From Gammaproteobacteria bacterium (GTDB taxonomy: Bacteria > Pseudomonadota > Gammaproteobacteria > GCA-001735895): a stretch of DNA of 27,974 nucleotides. The notes under the pieces were generated by a model. That model was not told the origin of the DNA, did not search any database, and worked only from the letters and a program-made list of their open reading frames with translations. Positions 19,038 to 27,974 of this stretch are shown here, one piece after another; positions within the stretch are counted from its first letter, which is position 1; every line of letters begins with the position of its first letter. The stretch is from positions 1 through 27,974 of the forward strand of contig JBNKUM010000113.1 in NCBI GenBank assembly GCA_050298595.1, written 5' to 3'. Position numbers and translations under genes: made by a program.

Positions 19038-20365
19038 AATCCATTAGCTGCTTTTCATTTACGGTCCTTATCGCCAACTTTGCGTTCAGTCTATTTACGC
19101 AGAATCTGCGGGCTGATATCGAACTGCCATCGCCTGAGATTGATTTTCCTGAAGTTGATATGCAAAGGGTGAAACTGGGTCGTTTGTTGTTTTATGACCC
19201 TGTCCTTAGTGGCAATCGAGAGCAGGCCTGTGCCAGCTGCCATCACCCAAAATTTGGCACTTCAGATGGTTTATCGCTAGGCCTGGGAGATGGCGCAACT
19301 GGCCTGGGTAGCAATCGAGTCGTTGATGATAAAAACATGCCAGAGCAGCGAGTCGGACGAAATTCGCCAGCACTGTTTAATCTGGGCGCGAAGCAGTTCA
19401 CCTCACTTTTTCATGATGGCAGGCTGGAGATCGATCCAGATAAACCTAACCATCTACGCTCCCCACTGGGTGCAGACATGACCTCGGGTTTTTCCAGCCT
19501 GTTATCAGCGCAAGCGATGTTTCCAGTTCTGGCCGCGGATGAAATGGCGGGGCATTATAGTGAAAGCGATGTATCTAAAGCGGTGCGCATGGGCATGCTA
19601 ACCCAAAACGGTGGAGCCTGGGATCTTCTGGCTAGCCGGGTGCAAAATATTCCCGAATACCGTAAGGCCTTCAATTCGATTATTGGCAAAGAGACTGCTA
19701 TCAGCTTTTACAATATCTCAAATGTAATCGCAGACTTCATCTCCTACGAATGGAGAGCTGATAACAGTCCGTTCGATAAATATCTAAGGGGCCAGAGTGC
19801 GCTGGGTGAACGAGCCAGTCAGGGCATGCAACTATTCTATGGCAAGGCAGGATGCGTAAGTTGCCACAGTGGTGTATTGCAAACCGACCATCGTTTCCAT
19901 GCCATTGCCATGCCACAGTTCGGACCTGGTAAAACCGGACGATTCGAAGACCACCAACGCGATACCGGACGTTTCAGGGTTACCGGCAACCCAGAGGACA
20001 AGTATAAATTCCGAACCCCCAGCCTGCGCAATATCGAACTGACAGCACCTTATGGCCACACAGGTGCCTACCCGACACTTGAAGGGGTGATCCGTCATCA
20101 TCTTGATCCGATCAAATCTCTTTACGCTTATTCACGCGATAAGGCGCTCCTGCCCAGGCTGCCTGTTAACAACGACTGGAAAATTATGGATGATAAAAAC
20201 GAAATGGCGGATATTGCTGCCGCAAACGAACTTGAGCCGGTGCAGCTGAGTGATCAGGAAGTGGAGTCTCTGGTCCAGTTTATGTATGCACTAACGGATC
20301 AATCCAGCAAAAAAGGACGGCTGGGTGTTCCGCAAGAGGTTCCGAGTGGTCTAGCTGTTGAGTAG
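19034..20365 (+). CDS. Di-heme cytochrome c peroxidase / MauG-like periplasmic protein
   Basis: Signal peptide; LGRLLFYDPVLSG; CASCH and CVSCH heme motifs; RNSPAL; FRTPSLRN..TAPYGHTG. ATGA overlap with the xylR stop. Confidence 0.9.
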   Translation: MKSISCFSFTVLIANFAFSLFTQNLRADIELPSPEIDFPEVDMQRVKLGRLLFYDPVLSGNREQACASCHHPKFGTSDGLSLGLGDGATGLGSNRVVDDKNMPEQRVGRNSPALFNLGAKQFTSLFHDGRLEIDPDKPNHLRSPLGADMTSGFSSLLSAQAMFPVLAADEMAGHYSESDVSKAVRMGMLTQNGGAWDLLASRVQNIPEYRKAFNSIIGKETAISFYNISNVIADFISYEWRADNSPFDKYLRGQSALGERASQGMQLFYGKAGCVSCHSGVLQTDHRFHAIAMPQFGPGKTGRFEDHQRDTGRFRVTGNPEDKYKFRTPSLRNIELTAPYGHTGAYPTLEGVIRHHLDPIKSLYAYSRDKALLPRLPVNNDWKIMDDKNEMADIAAANELEPVQLSDQEVESLVQFMYALTDQSSKKGRLGVPQEVPSGLAVE

Positions 20366-20371
20366 GAAACA

Positions 20372-20482
20372 AATTAATAACCCCGCAGCAAGCTGACTGA
20401 GTATTAAGTTGAGTTCGCTCGCTTAGCGTAGCTCAACAGGTTTATATCGCCCCAAGGGGGAGGGGAATTAAACCCTTAGAGA
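20372..20482. mobile_element. Small non-autonomous palindromic element (REP/IS200-IS605-end-like)
   Basis: About 110 bp with three hairpins (CCCCGCAGCAAGCTGACTGAG; GTTGAG..CTCAAC; CCCCAAGGGG..GGGGAATTAAACCC). The left hairpin recurs at 12652-12685. Confidence 0.6.
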
Positions 20483-20922
20483 TGCCTCCATCGGCTATGG
20501 TTGTCATGGGTACACAGCCATACAGTACTTGATGGGTTTTGATTACCGGAACAAAACGCTCTGTATCACTGGGATTTCCCTTTTCAATCATCAGCACGCT
20601 GATCAAACCGCTGTTATCGGTAGCCAAATTGATCTTGTGGCCATAGTCAATGATCGGCCAGAATATGCAACCGTCACTGAGCAGCTGACTGTCTGATGGC
20701 GATGCGATGTTGCTCTTTACTACGGTGCTATCCATGCGTAGACGACCCACATTCAACAGCCCACGCTCAAATACCATAACGCCCAGTAATTTAAATACGG
20801 CTTGTAGCGTTTGGGTCGTATTCGTCGGATGTTGCCGCTCAGTGCCGATTTGTCCGGATGACTATCTCTCTTTAAATTATTTTCTTATTTTTCAGTAGGT
20901 TGGGAGTTTATGAGTGGGCGCT
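20483..20922 (-). pseudogene. Degraded DDE transposase remnant (ISNCY/IS5-like)
   Basis: RMDSTVVKSNI, YGHKINL..GNPSD and ADGG motifs. Upstream KSALSGNIRRIRP is in a different frame from TLQAVFKLL (frameshift near 20812). Internally deleted and cut after ADGG. A possible terminal repeat lies near 20895-20922. Confidence 0.75.
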
Positions 20923-22104
20923 AAATAAGTATATTTAGTAAACTGCTATTGTAATTTCGTCACTGCAATTTGTGATTTCAGGTAGCAAACCTCGACAATA
21001 CCAGGGTGTTCTCAGCAAGGCGTATCCATTTTAAGTAAAGACAGAATATGCGCCTTAAATAAGGAATGATAATCGTATAAATTCAAATACCGAATGCTGT
21101 TGGATGAATTATCACGCAGAAAATTCCCTGAAAATGTTGTTAAATATGTCACTAAATGTTTACGTTAGCATGGCTTTATGGGGTGATTATTGAGCAGAGT
21201 TTTATAGTATTTAGCAGTCATTTATCGCTCTGTGTTAGCAAGATAGAAAAAAAGGGGGCTGAGCTAATGTGATGCGCGATTTAAGGCTTTATTTCTGGTG
21301 AATCTGAAATGTTTGGCAGTTATGCAAAGCGCGATTTGACATGTCTTAAAACCACTGGTCTACAGACAAATTTCAGCCTTTCTTCGATTTCTGATAATAG
21401 AAGTCAGTCTGAATCTCCTCCGAAAATGTTTATTGAAAAATCTGATTTTAAGGGTGACCGGCGTGAATAGGGTCGCTTAAGATTTGTGTGAAAAGTCTCA
21501 AAATAATTTCTAGTTATCAAGTAATCAGGTGTTTTTCATCAAAAATATCATTGATATTTTAAATGTTGAACATTTGATTATTGAATTCAATGTAAAGCGC
21601 TAACTGCTCTGAATATGGACTTTAAACGCGTTTTTTTTGGCATAAAAAATAGTCTCAGGCCAATAGATTATTAATAGTGCTGGCTCTGTATTTAAAGGGG
21701 GCGGTGTGAGATGCGCGTGTTTAAAAACAACAATTAGAGTATATGTTTGCCATGAGTTGATGGGCATAAAAACAACCCGGGTAAATATATAGTTAACGAG
21801 GGAGTAAAAGGGGGCGGAGAGAAATAGGTGAGTTTATTTTATCAGGCATGATCTTATCGGCGTGAATATTCATATAAATATCCAGACTTGAATTAAAGGG
21901 TGGAGTGGATATACTTCCAAAAAAGTTGCATTTGACAACTTATTTAGAGGGGCGGAAATAGCCGATTTCACTCTGGTTTATGCAGGCATGCCAGCTAAAC
22001 GGATGAATGATGCATTGATGATGGCAAATAGATATTTCTATAGCCACGATCCTGCCATGTTTGTTTCATGTGAAAAAATAATGAGACCTAAAGAGGGGCA
22101 CACC

Positions 22105-23133
22105 ATGGGAATAAATTCGAAAAAATTCTGGCTTTTTGGCATTCTTGCCGCTTTATTACTGCTGCCAAGCATAAGTCATGCTCATAAACCATTTGAACGG
22201 ATTGTTGTATTCGGTGACAGTCTGTCCGATCCGGGAAATGCATTTTATCTGTCCGGCAGGAATCTTAAGCCACCCTACGATACCCTTGATGCCTTTTTAA
22301 TACCCGATGCTCCCTATGCAAAAGGAAGAAATCATTTTAGTAACGGAGCTACCTGGATTGAGCGATTGGCCAAAGAAATGGATCTGAAAGACAGTGCAAA
22401 ACCGGCATTCAGGGGAATGAATACAGGCAGGTTGAAAAACACAAACTACGCAGTTGGTGGTGCGCGTGCACATGAAAATGGGATTGATGTTAATTTGACT
22501 GCTCAGATCAATGCCTTTTTTGCTGATGCTCAAGGTGTGGCGTCTGAGGATGCCCTTTATGTGATTGCACTGGGTGGAAACGATGTGCGGGATGCTGTAG
22601 CGGCATTATCAATTGACCCAACAGGCCGTGCCAGTGGCGAGATAATTGGTAGTGCAATAATGACAATATCCGATAGTATCTTTGCGCTATATAACAGTGG
22701 CGCAAGGAAGTTTCTAATTGCCAATTCCCCAGACCTTTCTTTGACTCCGGCACTTCAGTCACTTGATCTATTGATGCCTGGCGCATCATTCGCGGCAGCA
22801 CTGACCTCTGACCAGTTTAACAATGAACTCGATAAGTTGCTTGATTTACTCAGTGTTTCTTTACCTGGTCTTGAAATATCTAGACTTAATTTTTATCAGG
22901 GCTTGCATGACATTGTAGCTAACCCGGATCAATACGGCCTGATAAATGTGCAGAATGCTTGCGTGATGCCGAATCAAGCACCATTTGTCTGTGAGAAGCA
23001 AGATCGATATCTGTTTTGGGATGGTATCCATCCGACAAGAAAAGTGCATCGTATTTTGGCCGGTATTGCAGCAAAAATTATTACCCCTGCTTCAAATCAT
23101 AATGCCGATTGCAACTTAAAGGTGAGAAGATGA
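22105..23133 (+). CDS. Secreted SGNH/GDSL hydrolase (lipase/esterase)
   Basis: AGAGGGG RBS, signal peptide ending SHA|H, blocks FGDSLSD, NYAVGGA, GGND and FWDGIHP. Confidence 0.92.
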   Translation: MGINSKKFWLFGILAALLLLPSISHAHKPFERIVVFGDSLSDPGNAFYLSGRNLKPPYDTLDAFLIPDAPYAKGRNHFSNGATWIERLAKEMDLKDSAKPAFRGMNTGRLKNTNYAVGGARAHENGIDVNLTAQINAFFADAQGVASEDALYVIALGGNDVRDAVAALSIDPTGRASGEIIGSAIMTISDSIFALYNSGARKFLIANSPDLSLTPALQSLDLLMPGASFAAALTSDQFNNELDKLLDLLSVSLPGLEISRLNFYQGLHDIVANPDQYGLINVQNACVMPNQAPFVCEKQDRYLFWDGIHPTRKVHRILAGIAAKIITPASNHNADCNLKVRR

Positions 23134-24365
23134 ATAAATGTCAACTTACAGTCATTGCAGCGACATTTATGGTCGCAACGCAAGTAGATGCTATTGATCT
23201 AGGCTATGGTGTCAATTTCAAAGCATTTGGCACTTTGGGCCTGGTATACAGTGATATTGATGGAGCGGATTACGTAACCAGTACCCATACTCAAGCCATT
23301 GGCGCGGGTCGCACGGATGCGGTAAGTTATGATGTTGACAGCAAACTGGGCGCGCAGTTCGATTGGCAAGCCAGTGAAAAGATCAGTCTTTCTGCACAAT
23401 TTTTATCGAAGCAGTATGAGAATAAAACCTGGGCAACACGAATCGAATCGGGTTTTCTCAAATATGAGGTAACACCCGAACTCGATATCCGTGTTGGGCG
23501 AATCCGTCCACCTGTGTTCAATCTTTCAGATTTTCTTGATGTTAACTTTGCAAACCCGTGGGTGCGTCCACCCATCGAACACTACTCTTTAGTCCCCTTC
23601 ACCTACATGGATGGTGCTGACCTGCTGTGGCTAACACAAAGCGGAGATATCTCGTGGCTTGTCCAGCCATACATTGGACAGACCAAAGTGGACAATGCGT
23701 GGGACAACACCAATGACTCGACAGTAGTCGGACTTAATGTCAGGGCGGGACAGGGAGACTTTACGTTTCGTGCTGGGTACGCGCTGAACCGTTTTCGAGT
23801 AACCGGTCCTACCATAGATTATGCGCTTGGTAATTTGCAGATGCTGTGTCAGGTTGATCCGGTTGCCTGTGACGTAATGCGTGATATAGATGGCAATGAT
23901 TCGCAAGCTACCTATCTCTCCTTGGGAGGGAGTTGGGATAATGGTGATTATTTCGTATTAGGTGAATGGAGCAAGACGATGCTGAATGTGGATTTCTTCC
24001 CGGAAATGCAATCCTGGTACCTGTCAGGTGGGGCCAGGATCGAATCCTGGACACCCTATATAACCTATGCGAAGGGTAAAGACTCCTCGTCTATCTTTAA
24101 CGATAGCTCCATAGCTGACACCAACTACATCATAAACGAGATGCACAATGGTGTGATGCAAGGCCAGCATAGTATTGCATTGGGTGTACGATATGACATC
24201 ATGCCAAACATGGCTTTGAAAGCCCAATGGGATCGTATAAAGACTGATTGTAGAGACTCCCAGCCAGATACATGCGCTGGTGTGTTCGCAAATAAAGTGA
24301 AAAGTTTCAGAGATGAGCCTCATGATGTTGACGTCATCAGCCTCTCTATCGATTTTATTTTCTAA
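23130..24365 (+). CDS. Outer-membrane porin-like beta-barrel
   Basis: Signal peptide (VDA|I), FGTLG, SKLGAQ, PWVRPPIEHY, alternating beta-strands, C-terminal IDFIF. ATGA overlap with the GDSL gene. Confidence 0.8.
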   Translation: MNKCQLTVIAATFMVATQVDAIDLGYGVNFKAFGTLGLVYSDIDGADYVTSTHTQAIGAGRTDAVSYDVDSKLGAQFDWQASEKISLSAQFLSKQYENKTWATRIESGFLKYEVTPELDIRVGRIRPPVFNLSDFLDVNFANPWVRPPIEHYSLVPFTYMDGADLLWLTQSGDISWLVQPYIGQTKVDNAWDNTNDSTVVGLNVRAGQGDFTFRAGYALNRFRVTGPTIDYALGNLQMLCQVDPVACDVMRDIDGNDSQATYLSLGGSWDNGDYFVLGEWSKTMLNVDFFPEMQSWYLSGGARIESWTPYITYAKGKDSSSIFNDSSIADTNYIINEMHNGVMQGQHSIALGVRYDIMPNMALKAQWDRIKTDCRDSQPDTCAGVFANKVKSFRDEPHDVDVISLSIDFIF

Positions 24366-24383
24366 TACACCGGAGTAATAACA

Positions 24384-24806
24384 ATGAACGTATCGTATAA
24401 GGCAACTCTTATTTTACTCCTCTCTGTTTTCTTTACCTGTGCCAGAGCAGACGTTGTGGTGGTGGTCAGCGCCACTTCAAGCGTTGACAGCCTGTCTAAG
24501 GATCAGGTGTCCGATATCTTTCTGGGTAAAACATCCTACTTTCCCAACGGAACTAAGGCAATCGCGATTGATCAGAAGGATGATTCGCGAGAATGGATTG
24601 ATTTCTACAAAAAAGTATGCGGAAAGAGTAGCAGTCAATTGAAATCATACTGGGCCAAACTTATCTTTTCGGGTAGAAAACAGCCCCCCAAGCAGCTCGC
24701 GGATAGCGCTGAGGTAAAAAAATCTGTTTCGTCGAATCCGAGTAAGATTAGTTACATTGCTGAAGAGGCTGTAGATTCATCCGTAAAGGTGGTGCTGAAA
24801 CCTTGA
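24384..24806 (+). CDS. Small periplasmic binding-protein-like protein (often annotated as phosphate ABC substrate-binding-like)
   Basis: GGAG RBS, signal peptide ARA|DVVVVVS, IFLGK, YWAKLIFSG and ISYI motifs; typical partner of this porin type. Confidence 0.8.
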   Translation: MNVSYKATLILLLSVFFTCARADVVVVVSATSSVDSLSKDQVSDIFLGKTSYFPNGTKAIAIDQKDDSREWIDFYKKVCGKSSSQLKSYWAKLIFSGRKQPPKQLADSAEVKKSVSSNPSKISYIAEEAVDSSVKVVLKP

Positions 24807-25104
24807 ACCAGGTGTTGTGTAACAACGTATAAATGGGTACATATGATAGGCCAACAAATGCTCCAATGTGCCATTTATACGTTATACCACGCTAGATTCC
24901 ACAAGTTTCACCGCAGACACCTGACTTAAGGTTAAAGCAAATGTCGCATTTTCCATGCCTAATTGGATGAGTTTTGAAATGCTAGATGAATTTTTGAAAA
25001 ATTCCGATATACCCCACGACGTTGTCGTTCTTTTTAAGAGAAAAGAGCGTTCAAATGGTGACGCGGGAATTTCCACAAATCTATGTTAAATTGGTGACTC
25101 TAAG

Positions 25105-27210
25105 ATGGATATCCCAGGATATAAATTAGGCCGAGAGTTTGCCGATGGAGAGTATTGCAGAGTTTTCAATGCACTGGACCTGAGCAATCATAAAACCGTT
25201 AATATACAGGTATTTGATTCCTCTCTTATCGCAAATCCGGCATTTTCAACCCAGTTCAGAAATGTCACCAGTAAACTGGTGGGCACCAGTTTTGGAATCA
25301 TGGCACCGTTTCTTCAGGCTGAGATATCAAACCAGGCCTGTTACGTGGTTTCTCAATACTTTCCCAATTCTCAGCAATTATCCGCTACCCCGCCAACTTT
25401 GACCAGACGTCAGATTCTGAAATTTGCTCTACAACTGGCGAAAACCCTTGACCAGCTACATTTAGCAGGCCTAGTTCATGGCGGTATTGAATACAGCTCC
25501 CTCTACTTTAAGGCTCCCGATCAGTTAATGTTAAAGCCTGTGATCCTGCAGAGATTAATACCGACGCTACGACCAATAACCTTCAAGTCGCTGGATCAGT
25601 CGCAAAAACGATACCTGGCCCCTGAAGCTAGTAAAGGTCTGACACCGGCAACTGATTTTTATGCACTTGGCGTACTGCTATATCAACTGATTTTTGGCTC
25701 TCTCCCCGTAGAGAAGACAGACGCCAGGCTGTTCCAGGAATGGCCATCCACAGGTGATATTAAGGACTTGAAAGTTTTTTTTATAAAACTGCTCGCCCAC
25801 GATCCTGGTCAAAGGATCCAGAGTCTTAATCAATTCACCGAGGCGCTAGAGCAATGTGGTATCGACTTACTCAAATTGGCACCCACCGTTTCTAAAACCA
25901 CAGCTGTCCAATACGACAGAGCTAATCATAACAAAACTGCTTCTCGCTCATTTTCGAAGTGGATGGTTCTCACTGCCAGTTTGGCTGTGATCGCTCTGAC
26001 TGGCACACTCATTTTGTTGCCATCTCATGAGGAAGCACAACAACAACCGGTCCTTGAGGAAGCACAACAACAGTCAGCTCTTGATGAAGAAGCACAGCAA
26101 CAGTCAATTTTTGACGAAGCAAAGCAACAGCGAGAGCTGGAGGATGCATCAGAGGTGGCGGCCTCTGCTGACACAACGAACGTAGAAAAAAAAACGGTTG
26201 AACAGCCCTCCGCCGACACCTTTACGAAAATAGAGATGACCGAGGCTGAGCCCTCTGTCGAAAACCTGTACCAACAAGCTTTGACCCAAGTGGAGACGAA
26301 CCCTGAAGCCGCATTGCAGATCGTAAATGATTTACTAGAACAAAAACCTGCCGATATCGCGTCATTAAAACTGAAGCAACAGATTGAAAAGGAGTTAGAG
26401 ATACGCTCGCTAATCAATACGGCAGAGCAGCAATTGAAAGAACTAAAACTGCTTGATCCCGATGGGGACAACGCCTATGAATCTTACCAGACGGTGGCTG
26501 GAATGCTATCCTCAGATGATGAGCGGGTACGTAGTGGATTCACTCATATTGCCGCCGCCTACCATGCCCTGGCCGAAAATCTATTTAAAGAAGAGCGTCT
26601 CGACAAGGCGCTGGAACGTGTTGAGCGGGGTCTATCCGTCAAGGACGATTATGCCCCGTTACTTAAGCTTCGCATTACTATCAATGAGAAAAAAAATGAG
26701 TTGCAGCGTAAATTAAAACTTGCAAAACTGGAGAAACAGCGCGAACAAGAAATACAAAAAATGCTGGAAAATCAGCAACGACGGGAGGAACAGCGACTTC
26801 GGATAAAGAAAGAGCAAGCGGCGTTAGAACGGAAGCGTCAGAAGGAAGAAAAAGCCAAAAGATTAGCACAACAAGTTAAAGAAAAAGAGTTAGAATCAAT
26901 TAAACAAAGTAAAGTCGATGCTTTGTTGAAATCGGCCAACGATCATCTCAAAACCGGTCGGCGAACGTTGAAAAAAGTATTTGCTGCTCACATCGACTAT
27001 GATGAGCTGCAAAAACTGAATTCCACAAGCCAGAGAGTTACCGAGTTAAAGGAGGCGCTTATCAATGCCTATATGTTACTTTCCGAAAGGCAATCTAATG
27101 ACAAACTCTATAAGTTAGCCATTCAAGCCATTAAGCAGGGCGTTCAAATGAGCCCTGAAGACAAAAAACAATTGCAGATCAGATCACAGCTCTCTTTTTC
27201 AACTTTTTGA
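25105..27210 (+). CDS. Membrane-anchored Ser/Thr kinase-like protein (probable pseudokinase) with TPR-like and coiled-coil C-terminus
   Basis: MDIPGYKL start, YLAPE, TDFYALGVLLYQLIFG and DPGQR retained; catalytic motifs degenerate; TM WMVLTASLAVIALTGTLILL; EQK-rich coiled coil. Confidence 0.8.
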   Translation: MDIPGYKLGREFADGEYCRVFNALDLSNHKTVNIQVFDSSLIANPAFSTQFRNVTSKLVGTSFGIMAPFLQAEISNQACYVVSQYFPNSQQLSATPPTLTRRQILKFALQLAKTLDQLHLAGLVHGGIEYSSLYFKAPDQLMLKPVILQRLIPTLRPITFKSLDQSQKRYLAPEASKGLTPATDFYALGVLLYQLIFGSLPVEKTDARLFQEWPSTGDIKDLKVFFIKLLAHDPGQRIQSLNQFTEALEQCGIDLLKLAPTVSKTTAVQYDRANHNKTASRSFSKWMVLTASLAVIALTGTLILLPSHEEAQQQPVLEEAQQQSALDEEAQQQSIFDEAKQQRELEDASEVAASADTTNVEKKTVEQPSADTFTKIEMTEAEPSVENLYQQALTQVETNPEAALQIVNDLLEQKPADIASLKLKQQIEKELEIRSLINTAEQQLKELKLLDPDGDNAYESYQTVAGMLSSDDERVRSGFTHIAAAYHALAENLFKEERLDKALERVERGLSVKDDYAPLLKLRITINEKKNELQRKLKLAKLEKQREQEIQKMLENQQRREEQRLRIKKEQAALERKRQKEEKAKRLAQQVKEKELESIKQSKVDALLKSANDHLKTGRRTLKKVFAAHIDYDELQKLNSTSQRVTELKEALINAYMLLSERQSNDKLYKLAIQAIKQGVQMSPEDKKQLQIRSQLSFSTF
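26029..26147 (+). repeat. Intragenic tandem repeat of 27-30 bp encoding EEAQQQxxL(D)
   Basis: EEAQQQPVL EEAQQQSALD EEAQQQSIF DEAKQQREL; DNA unit GAGGAAGCACAACAACA repeated with progressive decay. Confidence 0.85.
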
Positions 27211-27875
27211 AAATGGCTTCAACTTGATTCATAAGGACTTCGTCAAGTAATTTGGGCTTAGGTTTATATTTCAATCTGGATTCCGTATCGTTAAGCCTTG
27301 ATCTGCACCAACGCAAACGTATTACAACAGGTCTAACTGCGGATTCCAGATTAAAAACTATCGGCAAAATATTGGAGGCGAAAGTTTTCTGCCCGTCAAC
27401 GATTAATCCATTCCCACTCTTCTAGCCCTGCAAGATATTGCCCCACATTGAGCAGCAGCTCCAATTCGTTAAGTAATCAGGGTACAAATTAAAGTATTAG
27501 ATCGATCTGAATAAAGGGGTTTAGATGGTTTTAAAGGTTTTCAATTTCGATTTTCTTGTCTCTCTCCGATTTGAGGGCCTACCTTTATTTTCGGACATAT
27601 GGTCGATTAGCATCTAGAGTTCTTGATCTAAGTTGAGGTTTAGATTCATCTTATATATCGCTGACAGCACCCAAATAGAAGATTTTGTTATCAACAAAAT
27701 ATCTTGTAATCATTAATATTGATACGTCTTTAATCCATCAATAAGATGTAATTTTTTTAGTTGAAGATAACTTGATCATGCTTGATATGATGAGTTAATT
27801 CACGCAAATTTTTCATAACCACCATTTTTTTCGAATTTAATTTTACTGAGGTTAATGCTTGAGGTTAGAAAATTT

Positions 27876-27974
27876 TCAGTTTTGCATTTCAATCTTAAGT
27901 CGATGAATCACATCCTTAAGCTCATTGATATTTACAAACTTAATGTATCTGCTATTCGGTTTGTTGAGCAGGTT
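27876..27974 (-). CDS. Possible 3' end of a gene entering from beyond the window
   Basis: Open minus-strand frame from the window edge, NLLNKPNSRYIKFVNINELKDVIHRLKIEMQN*. No motif recognised. Confidence 0.3.
   Translation of the reverse strand, partial: NLLNKPNSRYIKFVNINELKDVIHRLKIEMQN

Noticed and set aside
20442-20777. Intact 111-aa protein-coding gene
   Set aside because: It is a chimera of transposase fragments, and its last residues are read from the palindromic element.
21988-22104. Longer N-terminus for the GDSL hydrolase (likewise starts at 2539, 9462, 17799, 19007 and 23109)
   Set aside because: Downstream ATGs have an RBS, signal peptide, homology start or stop/start overlap.
25105-25870. 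Kinase as the cognate partner of the 8014-9327 phosphatase
   Set aside because: It lies about 16 kb away, separated by unrelated operons and IS debris, and looks catalytically dead.
1-27974. CRISPR array, prophage or tRNA-integrated island
   Set aside because: No regularly spaced repeats, cas, integrase or phage genes were seen, and the tRNA 3' ends point out of the window.

Overview
Gammaproteobacterial-looking chromosomal window. From left to right it holds tRNA-Asp (partial) and tRNA-Val, an Aer-type PAS chemoreceptor, a universal stress protein, an unknown HTH-like gene plus a small lipoprotein divergent from a YfbK-like vWA lipoprotein, and then the most unusual locus (6424-12620). That locus encodes a receiver-like/wHTH protein, an MglA-like small GTPase, an ABC-ATPase fused to a CDC14-like HCKAGLGRTG phosphatase with no permease nearby, two paralogous roadblock-like proteins and an MglB/roadblock protein. 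Directly after it lies a [2Fe-2S]-FNR-truncated globin-CxxC ribbon fusion. Further right are a spermidine-synthase-like methyltransferase and a xylose cluster (xylA, xylB, Gfo/Idh/MocA, xylR) whose last gene overlaps an atypical MauG/CCP-like di-heme protein. Then come a decayed DDE transposase cut by a small palindromic element, a GDSL hydrolase-porin-periplasmic protein operon and a membrane-anchored Ser/Thr pseudokinase. All calls come from reading motifs by eye; no database search was run.
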